Numbered from the stretch's first letter, positions 38,363 through 49,750 are shown. The stretch is 64,000 nucleotides of DNA from Armatimonadota bacterium (GCA_038207085.1 JBBRAE010000013.1:8444-72443), one strand, 5' to 3'. Made by a program: numbers and translations. Notes: generated from the letters alone by a model not told the origin.

Positions 38363-39615
38363 ACCGTCTTCCTCCCCCGCTTGAAAGGACCGATGGCAGT
38401 AAAGCAAAGATTCTCTTCGACAAAGAGCTCATTTGCCACCCGCATCACGTCCTCCGCAGTCACCTTCATGATAGCATCAATTACTTCTTGCACGGGCATG
38501 ATTCTTCCGTGATAAATCTCTGAACTCGCCATCCGGCTCATCCGGTTGGACATACTTTCCTGACCAAGAACGAGCGCGCCGCGGATCTGGTTCTTGCCGC
38601 GCTCCAGTTCTTCCTGCCCAAGCGGCTCAGCTTTGACGTTCTCAAACTCTGTTCGGATGAGCGCGATCACTTCGTCCATGTTCTCGAAACTCGTCCCGGC
38701 GTAGACTGCAAACATCCCCGCCTCCCGGTGCGAAGCTGAGTATGAGCCGATGTTATAGACCAGGCCCCTGTTCTCTCGAACCTCCTGGAACAGCCGCGAG
38801 CTCATCCCGCCACCGATCGCGCAGTCAAGCACCGCAAGCACGAACTTATCAGGTTCGCTGTGGGCAAACCCTCGTGTCCCCAGACAAAAATGGACCTGTT
38901 CACTCCGTTTGGCGATCATCTGAGTGCCGCCACTACTAAGAGCGGGGGTAAGCACCCTCTCAGGCGTCCCACTGTCCAAAGGGCCCATTCGCTCAGTGAC
39001 AAGCCCAAGTAAATCTTCGTGTTGAAGGTTCCCGGCAGCGGAAACGACGATGCGCCCGGGGCGGTAGTCGCGCTCGATGTGGCTTACGACCGTGTCTCTC
39101 GTGAACTTCGCAACGGTCTTGCGGTCGCCCGCGACAAAATTGCCAAGCGGGTGACTGGGCCAAAGCGCCTGCGCGAAGACATCGTGGATCATATCCTCGG
39201 GGGTGTCCTCGTGGCGTTTGATCTCTTCGACGACCACGTTACGCTCGCGTGCAAGCTCCTCGGGGTCGTGCACCGAGTGCAGCACCATGTCCGATAGGAT
39301 ATCGACCGCTGTAGGCATATGCAGAGAGAGCACACGGGCATAGTAGCCGGTGGACTCTCGATCGGTGAACGCATTCAGGTGTCCACCGAGCATCTCCATT
39401 TCATCGGCGATACGCCGTGCCGTGCGATTCTCGGTCCCCTTAAAGAGCATGTGCTCAATAAAGTGGTGAATCCCCTTTGCGCTGGCCTCTTCATCGCGTG
39501 AACCGGAGTCCACAAAGATACCGACAGACACAGAATCCACGTAAGGCACGGACTCAGAAAGCACGCGGATCCCGTTTGGGAGAACCGTCTTGTTGACATG
39601 GGAATCAAATGGCAT
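38359..39615 (-). CDS. M16 family zinc peptidase
   Basis: HFIEH inverted zinc motif, LNAFT, GMSSRLFQEVRE.RGL.Y. Confidence 0.94.
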   Translation of the reverse strand: MPFDSHVNKTVLPNGIRVLSESVPYVDSVSVGIFVDSGSRDEEASAKGIHHFIEHMLFKGTENRTARRIADEMEMLGGHLNAFTDRESTGYYARVLSLHMPTAVDILSDMVLHSVHDPEELARERNVVVEEIKRHEDTPEDMIHDVFAQALWPSHPLGNFVAGDRKTVAKFTRDTVVSHIERDYRPGRIVVSAAGNLQHEDLLGLVTERMGPLDSGTPERVLTPALSSGGTQMIAKRSEQVHFCLGTRGFAHSEPDKFVLAVLDCAIGGGMSSRLFQEVRENRGLVYNIGSYSASHREAGMFAVYAGTSFENMDEVIALIRTEFENVKAEPLGQEELERGKNQIRGALVLGQESMSNRMSRMASSEIYHGRIMPVQEVIDAIMKVTAEDVMRVANELFVEENLCFTAIGPFKRGRKTV

Positions 39616-39741
39616 AATATATCCAAAAAAGCCACCGCAACCAGCCCGAACGGCAATGGATACGCGGTGGCCGAAGAGAAGTTGGAAGCCTAAGCGGGCG
39701 ATCGATCATCCCGACCGCCCACAGCTTCCAACTTCGGTATG

Positions 39742-42033
39742 TTATTGTTTCGGTCTGAAGTGAGCTCTAACGTCCTCGCCGCCGTGGCCGCCTTCACGAC
39801 CACCGCCGCCGCCACCACGTCCGCCGCCGTAACCGCCGCGTCCGCCACGATCTCTGTCGCCGCCGCCGCCACGTCCACCGCGGTCCTCACCACCTGGCCT
39901 CGGAGTGAGCGCTGCCGCCATTCGAGCCTCGAAGTCCTCTTGGGTCTCACCGGCTCTGGGCTTCTGAGTCAGGCCTTTCATTGAAAGCCTGATCTTGTTG
40001 TCCTCACCCGGAACGACCTTGACGAGCACTTCGTCGCCCATTTGCACAATATCGCTAGCCTGGTTGACTCGGCCCATCGCCATCTCAGAGATGTGGACCA
40101 TACCTTCGCGTCCGGGAAGAATCTCCACAAACGCTCCGTAGCCCTCAACCCGAGTGACTCGACCGGCATAGGTCTCACCGACCATAACATCGCGAGTAAT
40201 GTCCTCGACGATCTTCTTAGCTCGCTCGCCGCCCGCAGCATCAACCGACGTGATGTACACGTGGCCGTCCTGCTGGATGTCGAGTTTCGCGCCGGTGTCG
40301 GCCTCGATCTTCTTGATCACCTTGCCTCCAGGACCGATAATGTCACCGATCTTGTCAGGGTGAATCTCAACCATGAAGACCCTCGGAGCGTACTCCGAAA
40401 GCGCCTCTCTTGGCTGCTCGATCGTCTTTAGCATAATATCAAGCATGTGCAGTCTGCCGTCACGAGCCCGATCAAGCGTCTCTCTGATAACTGCATCGGA
40501 GATTCCGCCGATCTTGGTATCCATCTGTATGGCAGTGATACCCTCACGGGTTCCGGCGACTTTGAAGTCCATGTCGCCCGTGAAGTCTTCCATACCCTGG
40601 ATGTCGCTTAGCACACGATAATTCTCGCCATCGGTCATAAGTCCCATCGCGATACCCGCAACCGGGGACTTGATCGCAACGCCTGCGTCCATCAGAGCAA
40701 GAGTAGATCCGCACACACTTGCCATCGAGGACGAGCCATTTGACTCAAGCACGTCCGAGATCATAAGCAGTGTGTAAGGGAAATCCTCCTGGCTCGGCAC
40801 AACGTACTTCAGTGCCCGCTCAGCAAGAGCTCCGTGACCGACTTCTCTTCTGCCCGGAGAACGAAGGAATCTCGCCTCTCCGACAGAGAACGGCAGGAAG
40901 TTGTAGAAGTGCATGTAGCGCTTCTCGCTGTCTTCCTCAAGGTTGTCGATCCTCTGCGCATCATCAAGCGAACCAAGTGTGCAGGTTGTCAGCACCTGGG
41001 TTTGGCCTCTGGTGAAGATACCTGATCCGTGTACCCTCGGAAGCATCCCGACCTCACACCAGATGTCTCTGATCTGATCAGGAGTCCTGCCGTCAGGGCG
41101 GACGCCCTTCTCAAGGACGAGTTTGCGAACTTCCTGCTTGACTACCTTCTCAGCTGCCTCTGCAAGCTCCACTTCCCGCTCAGGGAACTGGTCTGCAAGC
41201 CTCGCAACGACATCAAGTTTGACATCGTTGATGCCGCTTTCGCGGGACGCCTTGTCCGGATCCTGAATCGCTGATGCGATCTCGGCGGAAGCGTTGTCCA
41301 CGATAGCCTGAAGAATTTCGGCGTCGACCTTGTGAAGCGGTACTTCGGTCTTGACAACGCCTACCATCGCGGCAAGCTCTTCCTGAAGTTCGCAGAGCGC
41401 CTTGATGGCGATCCATGCGAAATCAATCGCGTCAAGAATAACCTGCTCCGAAAGCTGCTCAGCGCCGCCTTCGATCATCGTCACCGCTTCTTTTGTGCCG
41501 GCGACAACGAGATCGAGGTCCGAAACAGGCTGCTGCTCAAGGCTCGGGTTCAGAACGAACTCACCCTCGATCCGTCCGACGCGAACCGCGCCAACCGGGC
41601 CAAGGAAAGGAATGTCCGAAACCGTGAGAGCCGACGAAGCTGCAAGCATCGCGAGCATATCGGCGGGGTTTTCCGGCTCCATCGAATAGGGAATTGCGAT
41701 CACCTGAACGTCGTTGCGCATCCCACTGGGGAACAACGGCCTTAGGGGCCTATCCATGAGGCGGGAAGTAAGAACCGCCTTCTCAGACGGGCGACCGCCT
41801 CTTTTGATGAAGCCGCCCGGAATTTTCCCAACAGCTGATTTCCGCTCTTCATAATCACAAGTAAGGGGAAAGAAATCTATCCCCTGCTTCGGAAGAGCGC
41901 CCATCGTAGCCGTGCCAAGGACCACAGAGTCCCCGCACGAAACGAACACGGAGCCATTCGCCTGCTTGGCGACCTTGCCCGTCTCGATGACGTACGTGCG
42001 CCCTCCGAGTTCTCGTTCAACTCTATGCGTCAT
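39742..42033 (-). CDS. pnp: Polyribonucleotide nucleotidyltransferase
   Basis: FFPLTCDYEE, RREVGHG, SNGSSSMAS, GDMDFKVAGT, KH and S1 domains, RGG-rich tail. Confidence 0.98.
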   Translation of the reverse strand: MTHRVERELGGRTYVIETGKVAKQANGSVFVSCGDSVVLGTATMGALPKQGIDFFPLTCDYEERKSAVGKIPGGFIKRGGRPSEKAVLTSRLMDRPLRPLFPSGMRNDVQVIAIPYSMEPENPADMLAMLAASSALTVSDIPFLGPVGAVRVGRIEGEFVLNPSLEQQPVSDLDLVVAGTKEAVTMIEGGAEQLSEQVILDAIDFAWIAIKALCELQEELAAMVGVVKTEVPLHKVDAEILQAIVDNASAEIASAIQDPDKASRESGINDVKLDVVARLADQFPEREVELAEAAEKVVKQEVRKLVLEKGVRPDGRTPDQIRDIWCEVGMLPRVHGSGIFTRGQTQVLTTCTLGSLDDAQRIDNLEEDSEKRYMHFYNFLPFSVGEARFLRSPGRREVGHGALAERALKYVVPSQEDFPYTLLMISDVLESNGSSSMASVCGSTLALMDAGVAIKSPVAGIAMGLMTDGENYRVLSDIQGMEDFTGDMDFKVAGTREGITAIQMDTKIGGISDAVIRETLDRARDGRLHMLDIMLKTIEQPREALSEYAPRVFMVEIHPDKIGDIIGPGGKVIKKIEADTGAKLDIQQDGHVYITSVDAAGGERAKKIVEDITRDVMVGETYAGRVTRVEGYGAFVEILPGREGMVHISEMAMGRVNQASDIVQMGDEVLVKVVPGEDNKIRLSMKGLTQKPRAGETQEDFEARMAAALTPRPGGEDRGGRGGGGDRDRGGRGGYGGGRGGGGGGREGGHGGEDVRAHFRPKQ

Positions 42034-42047
42034 ATGTAGTTAATGTC

Positions 42048-42317
42048 CTATCTGCGCAGACCAAGCTTTGCAACAATCGCGCGGTAACGGCTGATTTCCG
42101 TCTTCGCAAGATAGTTTAGCAGCCTTCTACGCTGTCCGACCATCATCAGGAGCCCACGCCTCGAATGGTGGTCCTTTTTATGCTCCTTGAGATGCTCCGT
42201 AAGCCCAGCAATCCGTGTCGACAACAGTGCAATCTGCACCTCAGGTGACCCGGTATCGCCATCGTGAGTCTTATGCTCCGCGATTATCTGGTCCTTCTGC
42301 TCTTTTATAAGCCCCAA
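42048..42317 (-). CDS. rpsO: 30S ribosomal protein S15
   Basis: [25 protein letters not shown] 42317 with ggagg RBS gives 89 aa. Confidence 0.97.
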   Translation of the reverse strand: MGLIKEQKDQIIAEHKTHDGDTGSPEVQIALLSTRIAGLTEHLKEHKKDHHSRRGLLMMVGQRRRLLNYLAKTEISRYRAIVAKLGLRR

Positions 42318-42346
42318 AAAATCTGTACCTCCGTATGTTCTACGAG

Positions 42347-42376
42347 AATTTACCATAATGTCGTTCAAATTGTCAA
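42347..42376 (-). promoter_or_regulatory. Putative rpsO promoter
   Basis: TTGACA-N18-TAAATT with an extended TG. Confidence 0.55.
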
Positions 42377-42464
42377 CGTAAGTCTGCTTGCCGAATAATC
42401 ACCGGCGAGCTACACACTTTGTAATATGCCCAAACCAACAGCGCCACGCTGCAAGCTCGCTTCC

Positions 42465-43391
42465 TCATCTCTCGGCAACTATGCGCCTGGCCTCGGCGAT
42501 ATCCACTCCTATTTGAGCGATAAGGCTCGCCAGACTCTCGAACTTCTGCTGGTCACGAAGTTTTCTGCGAAAGACCACCCCAAGCCGAGTGCCGTAAATA
42601 TCCCCCAAAAAATCGTCTATCAGCACTTCAATCGCGTGCTCTGTCCCGTCAATTGTCGGCCTGTGACCGATGCTGCAAGCCGCAGCATAGCACCTGCCGT
42701 CAACAATCGCTTCGACGGCGTACACTCCGTCCGGCGGCACGATCTGTCTGTCTGCGACATCCACGTTCGCCGTTGGATATCCAAGCTGACGCCCGAGACC
42801 AAGCCCAGTGACAACCTCGCCAAACATCGTAAACGGGCGACCAAGAAGCAGCGCCGCAGTGTCAACCTCGCCGCGCTCGATCGTGTGGCGCACCCGTGTG
42901 CTGCTGACCGGGGCTCCCTGAAAGACAGTAGGCTCGACGCCGATCACCCGAAGACCTCGCGCGTCGCCAATCTGCCTGAGCGCTTTAATATCGCCTGAGC
43001 GATGTTTGCCAAACTTGAAATTGCTTCCCACAACTACAACTGCACAGTGCAAACGATCTATCAACACGCGATCTACGAACTCCTCGGCAGTAAGATCGGC
43101 AAGCGCGTGATCGAACTTCGCGACTACCACGTTTTGAACGCCGGTAGACTGCAATAGATCGACCTTCTGGTCAAGAGTCGTCAAATACCGAGGTTCACGC
43201 TCGGGAGCTAGAAGCGCTCTAGGGTGGCGGTCGAACGTAAGGACCACATCGCGAACACCGAGCCTCGCCGCCTCAGCACGAAGCACCGCCAGAAGCGCCT
43301 GATGTCCAAGATGCACCCCGTCGAACACGCCGATACTCACCGCACACCGGCCAAAAGCCCCGGGGACATCGTCAAGCGTCACAATACTCAC
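42465..43391 (-). CDS. ribF: Riboflavin kinase/FAD synthetase
   Basis: GVFDGVHLGH, VSSTRVR, LGYPTAN. Confidence 0.96.
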   Translation of the reverse strand: MSIVTLDDVPGAFGRCAVSIGVFDGVHLGHQALLAVLRAEAARLGVRDVVLTFDRHPRALLAPEREPRYLTTLDQKVDLLQSTGVQNVVVAKFDHALADLTAEEFVDRVLIDRLHCAVVVVGSNFKFGKHRSGDIKALRQIGDARGLRVIGVEPTVFQGAPVSSTRVRHTIERGEVDTAALLLGRPFTMFGEVVTGLGLGRQLGYPTANVDVADRQIVPPDGVYAVEAIVDGRCYAAACSIGHRPTIDGTEHAIEVLIDDFLGDIYGTRLGVVFRRKLRDQQKFESLASLIAQIGVDIAEARRIVAER

Positions 43392-44308
43392 TTGGAGGCC
43401 TCCGCAAAGACTTTCTCAGGGCTGATCACACTGCCCCCGGCCCGCGGATGTGCTCGGCCAAGCGCAAGCAGTTCACCGCTCTCGCTTTTCAACCGAACCA
43501 CCTCGCCTTCAGCCGACTGGTAGGAGGACGGAACCACGCAGCCGTGAAGCACCAAACCGGCCTGCACGGGGTCGACGATCACCTCGGGCATCGCAACAAG
43601 CGCTGCATCCATCGACAAAAGCAACTCTTCGGCGCCAGACTTCGATGCGCGCTCCGCCAGGGTGTCCAGCTCTAGCGCATTTTCTAAATCAAAACTGCCC
43701 ACACGGGTGCGAACCAGGCTCAGCATAAACCCGCCGACACCAAGCTTCTCGCCGATATCAGCGCAGATCGTGCGAATATAGGTGCCGCTGGAACAGACTA
43801 TTCGCAGACCGGCAACAGGAAGACCATCAGGCCCGCCATTGTCGCTAAAACTCGTCATCTCAAGCTCGTAGACCGTCACCTCGCGCGCCTGTCGCTCCAC
43901 CTGGATATCCTTGCGAGCAAGTTTGTATAACCTTTCGCCCTGATACTTAACAGCCGACACCATCGGAGGAATCTGCATAATGCGACCGGTAAAGCCTGGC
44001 AGGGCGTCAAGGACCATCTCGCGGGTAACGTGGGAGGCATCGGTCTGAGTAAGCACGTCGCCCTCTACATCCTCGGTCGAAGTAGTGCGGCCAAGGACCA
44101 TTTCAGCGCGATACTCTTTCTGTTCTGCGACCAGATACTCCACAATGCGAGTAGCCTTGCCGACACACACCACGAGCACACCCGTCGCCAGGGGATCGAG
44201 CGTCCCCGCGTGCCCCACCCGCTTTTCTCTTAGAATCCGTCTTATGCTCGCTACCACATCGTGTGAAGTCGGACCGGAAGGCTTGTTGATATTTAGGACG
44301 CCATCCAC
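43388..44308 (-). CDS. truB: tRNA pseudouridine(55) synthase
   Basis: TSHDVV, GHAGTLDPLATGVL, SGTYIR. Confidence 0.97.
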   Translation of the reverse strand: MDGVLNINKPSGPTSHDVVASIRRILREKRVGHAGTLDPLATGVLVVCVGKATRIVEYLVAEQKEYRAEMVLGRTTSTEDVEGDVLTQTDASHVTREMVLDALPGFTGRIMQIPPMVSAVKYQGERLYKLARKDIQVERQAREVTVYELEMTSFSDNGGPDGLPVAGLRIVCSSGTYIRTICADIGEKLGVGGFMLSLVRTRVGSFDLENALELDTLAERASKSGAEELLLSMDAALVAMPEVIVDPVQAGLVLHGCVVPSSYQSAEGEVVRLKSESGELLALGRAHPRAGGSVISPEKVFAEASK

Positions 44309-45273
44309 TTACGAACCTCCGCAAGGACGGCGGGTCTCGCCACATCCAGTGGTGCTTCAATGGTGATACCGGCGGCTGCCACGTGACCTCCGCCTCCAAA
44401 AGTGTTAGCGATTGCGTTCACATCAACCTTGCCCCAGGATCTGAGGCTCACTCGTGTGACCTTCTCATCGAGCTCCCGGAAGAGCACTCCAACATCAGCG
44501 CCCTTGATCGCCCGAACATGGTTCACGATGCTATCGGTATCGGCGTCGGTCGCATTGAACCGCGCGAAATCCTCTTTGGCAACCTGTGACCAGGCAAGGC
44601 GGCCTTCAAGCTCGGTCTGGATCGCAAGCAGCGCGACTCCGAGCAGCTTGGTGTTCGCCATCGAGCGGTTTTCGTATATCTCGCGGGAAGCGCGCGACGG
44701 GGATGCGCCAAGCGCAACCAGCCTCGACGCGAATTCGAGAGTCTGGGCGTTTACGTTGGAAAACCTAAAGCCACCGGTGTCGCCGACGATCCCAGCCATC
44801 AAGAGCTCAGCGGTCTCGGTATCGATGAATATACTAAGCCCGTGCAACAGCTCAAAAACAAGCTCGGCAGTCGATGCGGAACTCGAATCACCCAAAAATA
44901 GCGTTGGCTCACAATCACTGTCACCGGGCTTGTGATGGTCGATGATCAAAAGCGACTTTGCACTGGTAGCAACTTCACCCGAGGTCCCACAGCGGCCAGC
45001 CGAGTTACAGTCGCAAATTATACCGACATCGAAGCCGCGGTCACTCGTTTCACGCTGCACTTTATCGACGTCCGGGAGCCAGGTGCATGTGTCCGGCACG
45101 CCGTCCTCGGAGAGCACAACGACCGACTTTTCCAGAACCCTGAGGCCCCGGGCGAGCGCAAGTATACTCCCGATCGCATCCGCGTCGGGCCGAGTATGCG
45201 CGGTGATGACAAAAGTCTCCGCCGACTCGATTAACGCCTGAGCGGCGTCCAGTTCATTCTTTGTTAGGCTCAT
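44293..45273 (-). CDS. nrnA: DHH/DHHA1 oligoribonuclease/pAp phosphatase
   Basis: H.RPDADAIGS, IDHH, DTGGF, GGGGH..AAG. Confidence 0.92.
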   Translation of the reverse strand: MSLTKNELDAAQALIESAETFVITAHTRPDADAIGSILALARGLRVLEKSVVVLSEDGVPDTCTWLPDVDKVQRETSDRGFDVGIICDCNSAGRCGTSGEVATSAKSLLIIDHHKPGDSDCEPTLFLGDSSSASTAELVFELLHGLSIFIDTETAELLMAGIVGDTGGFRFSNVNAQTLEFASRLVALGASPSRASREIYENRSMANTKLLGVALLAIQTELEGRLAWSQVAKEDFARFNATDADTDSIVNHVRAIKGADVGVLFRELDEKVTRVSLRSWGKVDVNAIANTFGGGGHVAAAGITIEAPLDVARPAVLAEVRKWMAS

Positions 45274-45610
45274 TCTTTTTTATCTTCTGCAACAGCTCGA
45301 ACATTCTTATCCCCTGCTCGATGCTTTCATCGAAGCGGAAATCAATCTCAGGTGTGGTTCGCATCTTGACCCGCTTGCCCACTTCAGCGCGAAAGAACCC
45401 GGAGGCGTTCTTAAGGGCCTTTAGGGACAACCTCTTGGCTTCGTCGTCGCCAAGAACACTCACATAAACACGCGCATGTCTCAGGTCCGCTGTGATATCG
45501 ACATCAGTGATGGTCACAAACCCGACGCGAGGGTCTTTCATCTCGCGGTGAATTATCTCGCTGATCTCAATCTTCAGCATCTCCTCAACTTTTTCCTGTC
45601 GGGTGCTCAC
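45254..45610 (-). CDS. rbfA: Ribosome-binding factor A
   Basis: KDPRVG, DLRHARVYVS, RTTPEIDF. Confidence 0.96.
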   Translation of the reverse strand: MSTRQEKVEEMLKIEISEIIHREMKDPRVGFVTITDVDITADLRHARVYVSVLGDDEAKRLSLKALKNASGFFRAEVGKRVKMRTTPEIDFRFDESIEQGIRMFELLQKIKKNEPNKE

Positions 45611-45612
45611 AG

Positions 45613-45894
45613 CTATACAAACTCCATATCTATCGCACCAACTGCGATCGCGGGGTTCGATTCAACAAAATCCACCACGTGGTCAAGCACGCCGTTGGCT
45701 ACGTCGCGTTCGTTTGACACGCACGATACGCCAACAACCGCGCGCCGCCAGACGTCGTTATCACCGACCTCTGCGGCAGACACGTTGAACCGATGCCGGA
45801 TACCGTCAATCAGGCTCTTCACCACTTGACGTTTATCCTTTAATGAATTTGCCCCCGGTATACTAAAACTAATAGTCAAAATGCCAACAACCAT
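45613..45894 (-). CDS. ylxP: DUF503 (YlxP) family protein
   Basis: SLKDKRQVVKSL, FNVSAAEV; position between infB and rbfA. Confidence 0.9.
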   Translation of the reverse strand: MVVGILTISFSIPGANSLKDKRQVVKSLIDGIRHRFNVSAAEVGDNDVWRRAVVGVSCVSNERDVANGVLDHVVDFVESNPAIAVGAIDMEFV

Positions 45895-45972
45895 ATAGTT
45901 ATTCAGCAAAAAGTTGCGAGCCCGGTCGTCCGAGCCCGCAACTGATATTATCTCCAAAACAAAGGGCAGCGC

Positions 45973-47901
45973 TTATACAGCGCGAGCAACCCTCTTGGTA
46001 GTGTAAACGTCGAATACGTCGCCTTCGTGGAAGTCGTTGTATCCGTCCATCGAGATACCGCACTCGAAGCCCGCGGCCATCTCTTTCACGTCGTCTTTGA
46101 TGTGCTTCAGCTGGTCAATCTTGCCCTCGCGGACCACTTCGTTGCCGCGCATCACTCTCACGAACGCGCCTCGCTGAATCTTGCCTTCAGTCACATAGCA
46201 ACCAGCGACCATTCCGATCTTCGGAACCCGGAAGGTGGCTCTCACTTCGGCCTTGCCAAGCGGGACCTCTTCGATAATCGGCTCAAGCAGACCACCCATC
46301 GCAGCGCGAACGTCGTTGATCAACTCGTAGATAACGTTGTACGTTCGCACCTCAACGTGCTCCGCCTCGGCCATATCGATCGCTCTCTGGTCGTAGCGGA
46401 CGTTGAACCCGATCACAATCGCGTTGGATGCTGCAGCCAGCAGAATGTCCGACTCGCTCACGTTGCCAACGGCGCTGTGAATGATGTTTACCCGAACTTC
46501 CTCGTGCTCGATGCCCTCAAGCGACTGTCGAACAGCTTCTTCGGAACCCTGAACGTCTGCCTTAAGAATGATATTCAGGTCTCTGACAGCTCCCTCTTTC
46601 ACCTGTCTGAACAGGTCTTCAAGGGTCAGTCTGGACTCGGATGCCATTCTCTCATCACGGGCGTCGCGTGCGCGGCTCTCTGCCAAGAGTCGAGCTTCTC
46701 GCTCGTCCTTAGCCGATACCAACACGTCACCAGCGGCAGGCGGCATCGACAGGCCAAGAATCTCGACAGCAGTCGCAGGGCCAGCCTTAAAGACTCGCTC
46801 ACCATTCTCGTCAAGCATAGCCTTGATCTTGCCGTGGACGGCCCCCGCAACAACCGGGGTCCCGACCTTGAGCGTGCCCTTCTGAACAAGCACAGTCGCG
46901 ACAGCGCCTTTGCCTCGGTCGACCTTTGCTTCGATGATCGTTCCCAAAACATCTCTTGTCGACGCCGGGGCAGTAAGCTCCTGCATATCGGCAACGAGCA
47001 GGATCATCTCAAGCAGGTCGCCAATGTGCTCCCCCTGCTTGGCTGAGACTTCGACCATAATCGTGTCGCCGCCCCAGTCTTCGGTCATAAGACCGTGTTC
47101 CATGAGCTGCTGCTTGGTGCGGTCGACGTTCGCGTCAACCTTGTCGATCTTGTTGATCGCGACGATAATCGGCACGTTCGCCGCCTTGGCGTGGTGGATA
47201 GCCTCAATAGTCTGGGGCATAACCGCGTCGTCGGCTGCGACAACAAGCACTGCAATATCAGTAATACTAGCGCCTCGTGCACGCATGGCAGTAAAAGCTT
47301 CGTGACCAGGAGTATCAAGGAACGTGATCTTCTTGCCGTTCACTTCCACCTGGTAAGCGCCGATGTGCTGGGTGATGCCACCAAACTCACCAGCGGTAAC
47401 ATTTGCTTTACGGATAGTATCAAGAAGGGTCGTCTTACCGTGGTCGACGTGCCCCATAATAACAACTACCGGCGGCCGTGCGACGGTCTTGCCGGCATGT
47501 TTGGGCTTGGGTCCGTTTGCGGTTGGCTTCGGGGCGATTACCCGGTCCTTCTTCACGACCTGCAATTTGTAGCCGAATTTTCCGGCAAGCGAGCCGGCGA
47601 CTTCGGCGTCGAGCTGCTGATTGACACTGGCAAGCACGCCCATCTCAACCAGTCGCTTCTGCAGATCGGAAGCATCAACTTTCATAGCCTCCGCAAGTTC
47701 CCGAACCGATATGGTCTGCCCGATCTCGACCATGCGGCTTGAGTCCTGTGCGACGAGATCCTTGACGGTCTGAGCCGTCGCCTCATCGACCACAGCGCCA
47801 CCGGTCGAAGCGGAAACACCGAGATCCTTCAGGATATCGATAAGCGGACCAGTCCCGATGCCCATCTCCTTTGCTAGTTCGGAAACCTTAAGGTTCTTCA
47901 T
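45973..47901 (-). CDS. infB: Translation initiation factor IF-2
   Basis: [25 protein letters not shown]; start at ATG 47901. Confidence 0.98.
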   Translation of the reverse strand: MKNLKVSELAKEMGIGTGPLIDILKDLGVSASTGGAVVDEATAQTVKDLVAQDSSRMVEIGQTISVRELAEAMKVDASDLQKRLVEMGVLASVNQQLDAEVAGSLAGKFGYKLQVVKKDRVIAPKPTANGPKPKHAGKTVARPPVVVIMGHVDHGKTTLLDTIRKANVTAGEFGGITQHIGAYQVEVNGKKITFLDTPGHEAFTAMRARGASITDIAVLVVAADDAVMPQTIEAIHHAKAANVPIIVAINKIDKVDANVDRTKQQLMEHGLMTEDWGGDTIMVEVSAKQGEHIGDLLEMILLVADMQELTAPASTRDVLGTIIEAKVDRGKGAVATVLVQKGTLKVGTPVVAGAVHGKIKAMLDENGERVFKAGPATAVEILGLSMPPAAGDVLVSAKDEREARLLAESRARDARDERMASESRLTLEDLFRQVKEGAVRDLNIILKADVQGSEEAVRQSLEGIEHEEVRVNIIHSAVGNVSESDILLAAASNAIVIGFNVRYDQRAIDMAEAEHVEVRTYNVIYELINDVRAAMGGLLEPIIEEVPLGKAEVRATFRVPKIGMVAGCYVTEGKIQRGAFVRVMRGNEVVREGKIDQLKHIKDDVKEMAAGFECGISMDGYNDFHEGDVFDVYTTKRVARAV

Positions 47902-48169
47902 ACAGATTTTCTTCTCCAATCGGATAATCGGCTCCGTGCGCGTTCTCAGGTGCACGGCTAATACGGAGTCATTAGAATATACACATCAATACAAAAGTTG
48001 AGAACAACCGTGGAGAAACAGAGGAGCCAAAGGGGCAAAGGAAAGAAGTGGGCACGAGGCCCATAGATAGGAGCACTGCTGGCGCGGGTGATATTCACAC
48101 GCGATCTCGCCCGAACCGATCGGGCTATATTATAATGAGCGTCAGTGTTCCATAGTTATTCCTTGCCGT

Positions 48170-48457
48170 CTACTGTTCCGCGTTTTCGTTCTCCTGCACG
48201 ACCAATTCAATTTCACTGATGAGTCCAGCAGGCAGCGCCGTGCGAAGCGCCCGCTCGAACCCCTTTTTCTTGATCGCCGCAGCAAGGCACACCTTGCTGC
48301 GACAAATATACGCTCCCCTGCCCGGCTTCTTGCCGGTGGGGTCTATACCAATCTCACCGGTCGAACTCCGTACAATACGGAGCAGACCTTTCTTTTCCCC
48401 TGTCGATCGACAGGCCACACATGTTCGGATCGGTTTCTTCTTGTCTTCCAAAACCAA
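48170..48457 (-). CDS. ylxR: YlxR (DUF448) RNA-binding protein
   Basis: PIRTCVAC, GRGAYIC. Confidence 0.92.
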   Translation of the reverse strand: MVLEDKKKPIRTCVACRSTGEKKGLLRIVRSSTGEIGIDPTGKKPGRGAYICRSKVCLAAAIKKKGFERALRTALPAGLISEIELVVQENENAEQ

Positions 48458-48496
48458 TACCCATTTTCAATTTGGGACTTAAGTTCCAAAATCAAA

Positions 48497-49684
48497 TCAA
48501 TCCCAGGCTGATTCGCCAGAGTCGCCGCTGACGACAGTCTCAGAATCCACTGCTTCAACCACAACTTCAGCTTCAACAGCAACAACGTCCTCAGGTTCAG
48601 GATCAACCGCAGCCACAACCTCTGGCTCAGGCTCAACGGTCAACACTGCTTTTGCGATCTGGGCTTCGCTTCGAATATCGATTCTCCAGCCCGTCAACCT
48701 CGCCGCAAGCCTTACGTTCTGCCCGGACTTGCCGATAGCAAGCGAGAGCTGACTGTCCGGCACGACTACAAGCGCGGTCTTGGTATCTTCGTTCACAGTG
48801 ACCGAAGAGGCCTTGGCCGGGCTCAGGCTTTCGGCGATGTACTTCGCCATATCCTGGTTCCAGCGGACAATATCGATCTTTTCGTCGTAAAGCTCGTTTA
48901 CAACCGCCTGAACGCGACTTCCACGATGCCCAACGCATGCGCCTACCGGATCGACCTTGTCATCACTCGACGTAACGGCAATCTTGGTCCTTGCCCCGGC
49001 TTCACGGGCGACAGATTTGATCGTCACGATGGCCTCCACGATCTCAGGAACCTCAAGCTCGAATAGCCTGCGGATCAGAGTCGGGTGAGTCCTCGAAACG
49101 ACCACCTGCGGTCCGCGCGGTGTGCGCCTGACCTCGAGAATATAAATCTTCAGCCTGTCACCGAACCTGTAAGGCTCGGTCGGCACCTGCTCCGCAGCCG
49201 GCAGAAGCGCCTCAACCTTGCCCAGGTTGATAAACACGTTCCGCTGCTCTTTACGCTGAACAGTGCCCGTTACGACCTCGCCGACGCGCTCGCCGAACTC
49301 CTCGTACACGTGCTCACGCTCGGCCTCGCGAATCCGCTGCACGACTACCTGCTTGGCAGTCTGCGCCGCGATTCGTCCGAAGTTCTCAGGCGTAACCTCG
49401 ATCTCTACGGAAGAGCCAACAACAGCGTCGGGGTCGTACTTCCTCGCGTCCGTAAAATTGATCTCAGTATGATCGTTCTCAACGTGCTCGACTACGTCTT
49501 TTTGACAATAGACCTTAAAGCCGGACTTGGAGGAGGTCACTCGGACGCGAACGTCCCCAGTTGCGGCATAGTTTTTCTTATATGCCGTTTCAAGCGCCGA
49601 CTCGATAGTCGTGAGGAGCACCTCAAGCGGTATATCTTTTTCCTTCTCTATCTGTCGGAGCGCCTCTAGGAAGTCCTGGTTCAT
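48497..49684 (-). CDS. nusA: Transcription termination factor NusA
   Basis: FGRIAAQTAKQ, S1 and KH domains, LAIGKSGQNVRLA; ATG 49684. Confidence 0.98.
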   Translation of the reverse strand: MNQDFLEALRQIEKEKDIPLEVLLTTIESALETAYKKNYAATGDVRVRVTSSKSGFKVYCQKDVVEHVENDHTEINFTDARKYDPDAVVGSSVEIEVTPENFGRIAAQTAKQVVVQRIREAEREHVYEEFGERVGEVVTGTVQRKEQRNVFINLGKVEALLPAAEQVPTEPYRFGDRLKIYILEVRRTPRGPQVVVSRTHPTLIRRLFELEVPEIVEAIVTIKSVAREAGARTKIAVTSSDDKVDPVGACVGHRGSRVQAVVNELYDEKIDIVRWNQDMAKYIAESLSPAKASSVTVNEDTKTALVVVPDSQLSLAIGKSGQNVRLAARLTGWRIDIRSEAQIAKAVLTVEPEPEVVAAVDPEPEDVVAVEAEVVVEAVDSETVVSGDSGESAWD

Positions 49685-49715
49685 TCTAGCTATCTCCCGA
49701 TAAACTTGCTTTAAA

Positions 49716-49750
49716 CAATAAAAAGAGTGGGTGTGCGACCCACTCTTTCG
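49716..49750 (-). promoter_or_regulatory. rimP/nusA-operon leader terminator hairpin
   Basis: Minus strand AAAGAGTGGG-tcgcaca-CCCACTCTTTTT, resembling the conserved rimP (ylxS) leader. Confidence 0.75.

Noticed and set aside
47902..48169. Possible ylxQ remnant or structured RNA between ylxR and infB
   Set aside because: Only a 3-codon ORF and short hairpins; nothing assignable
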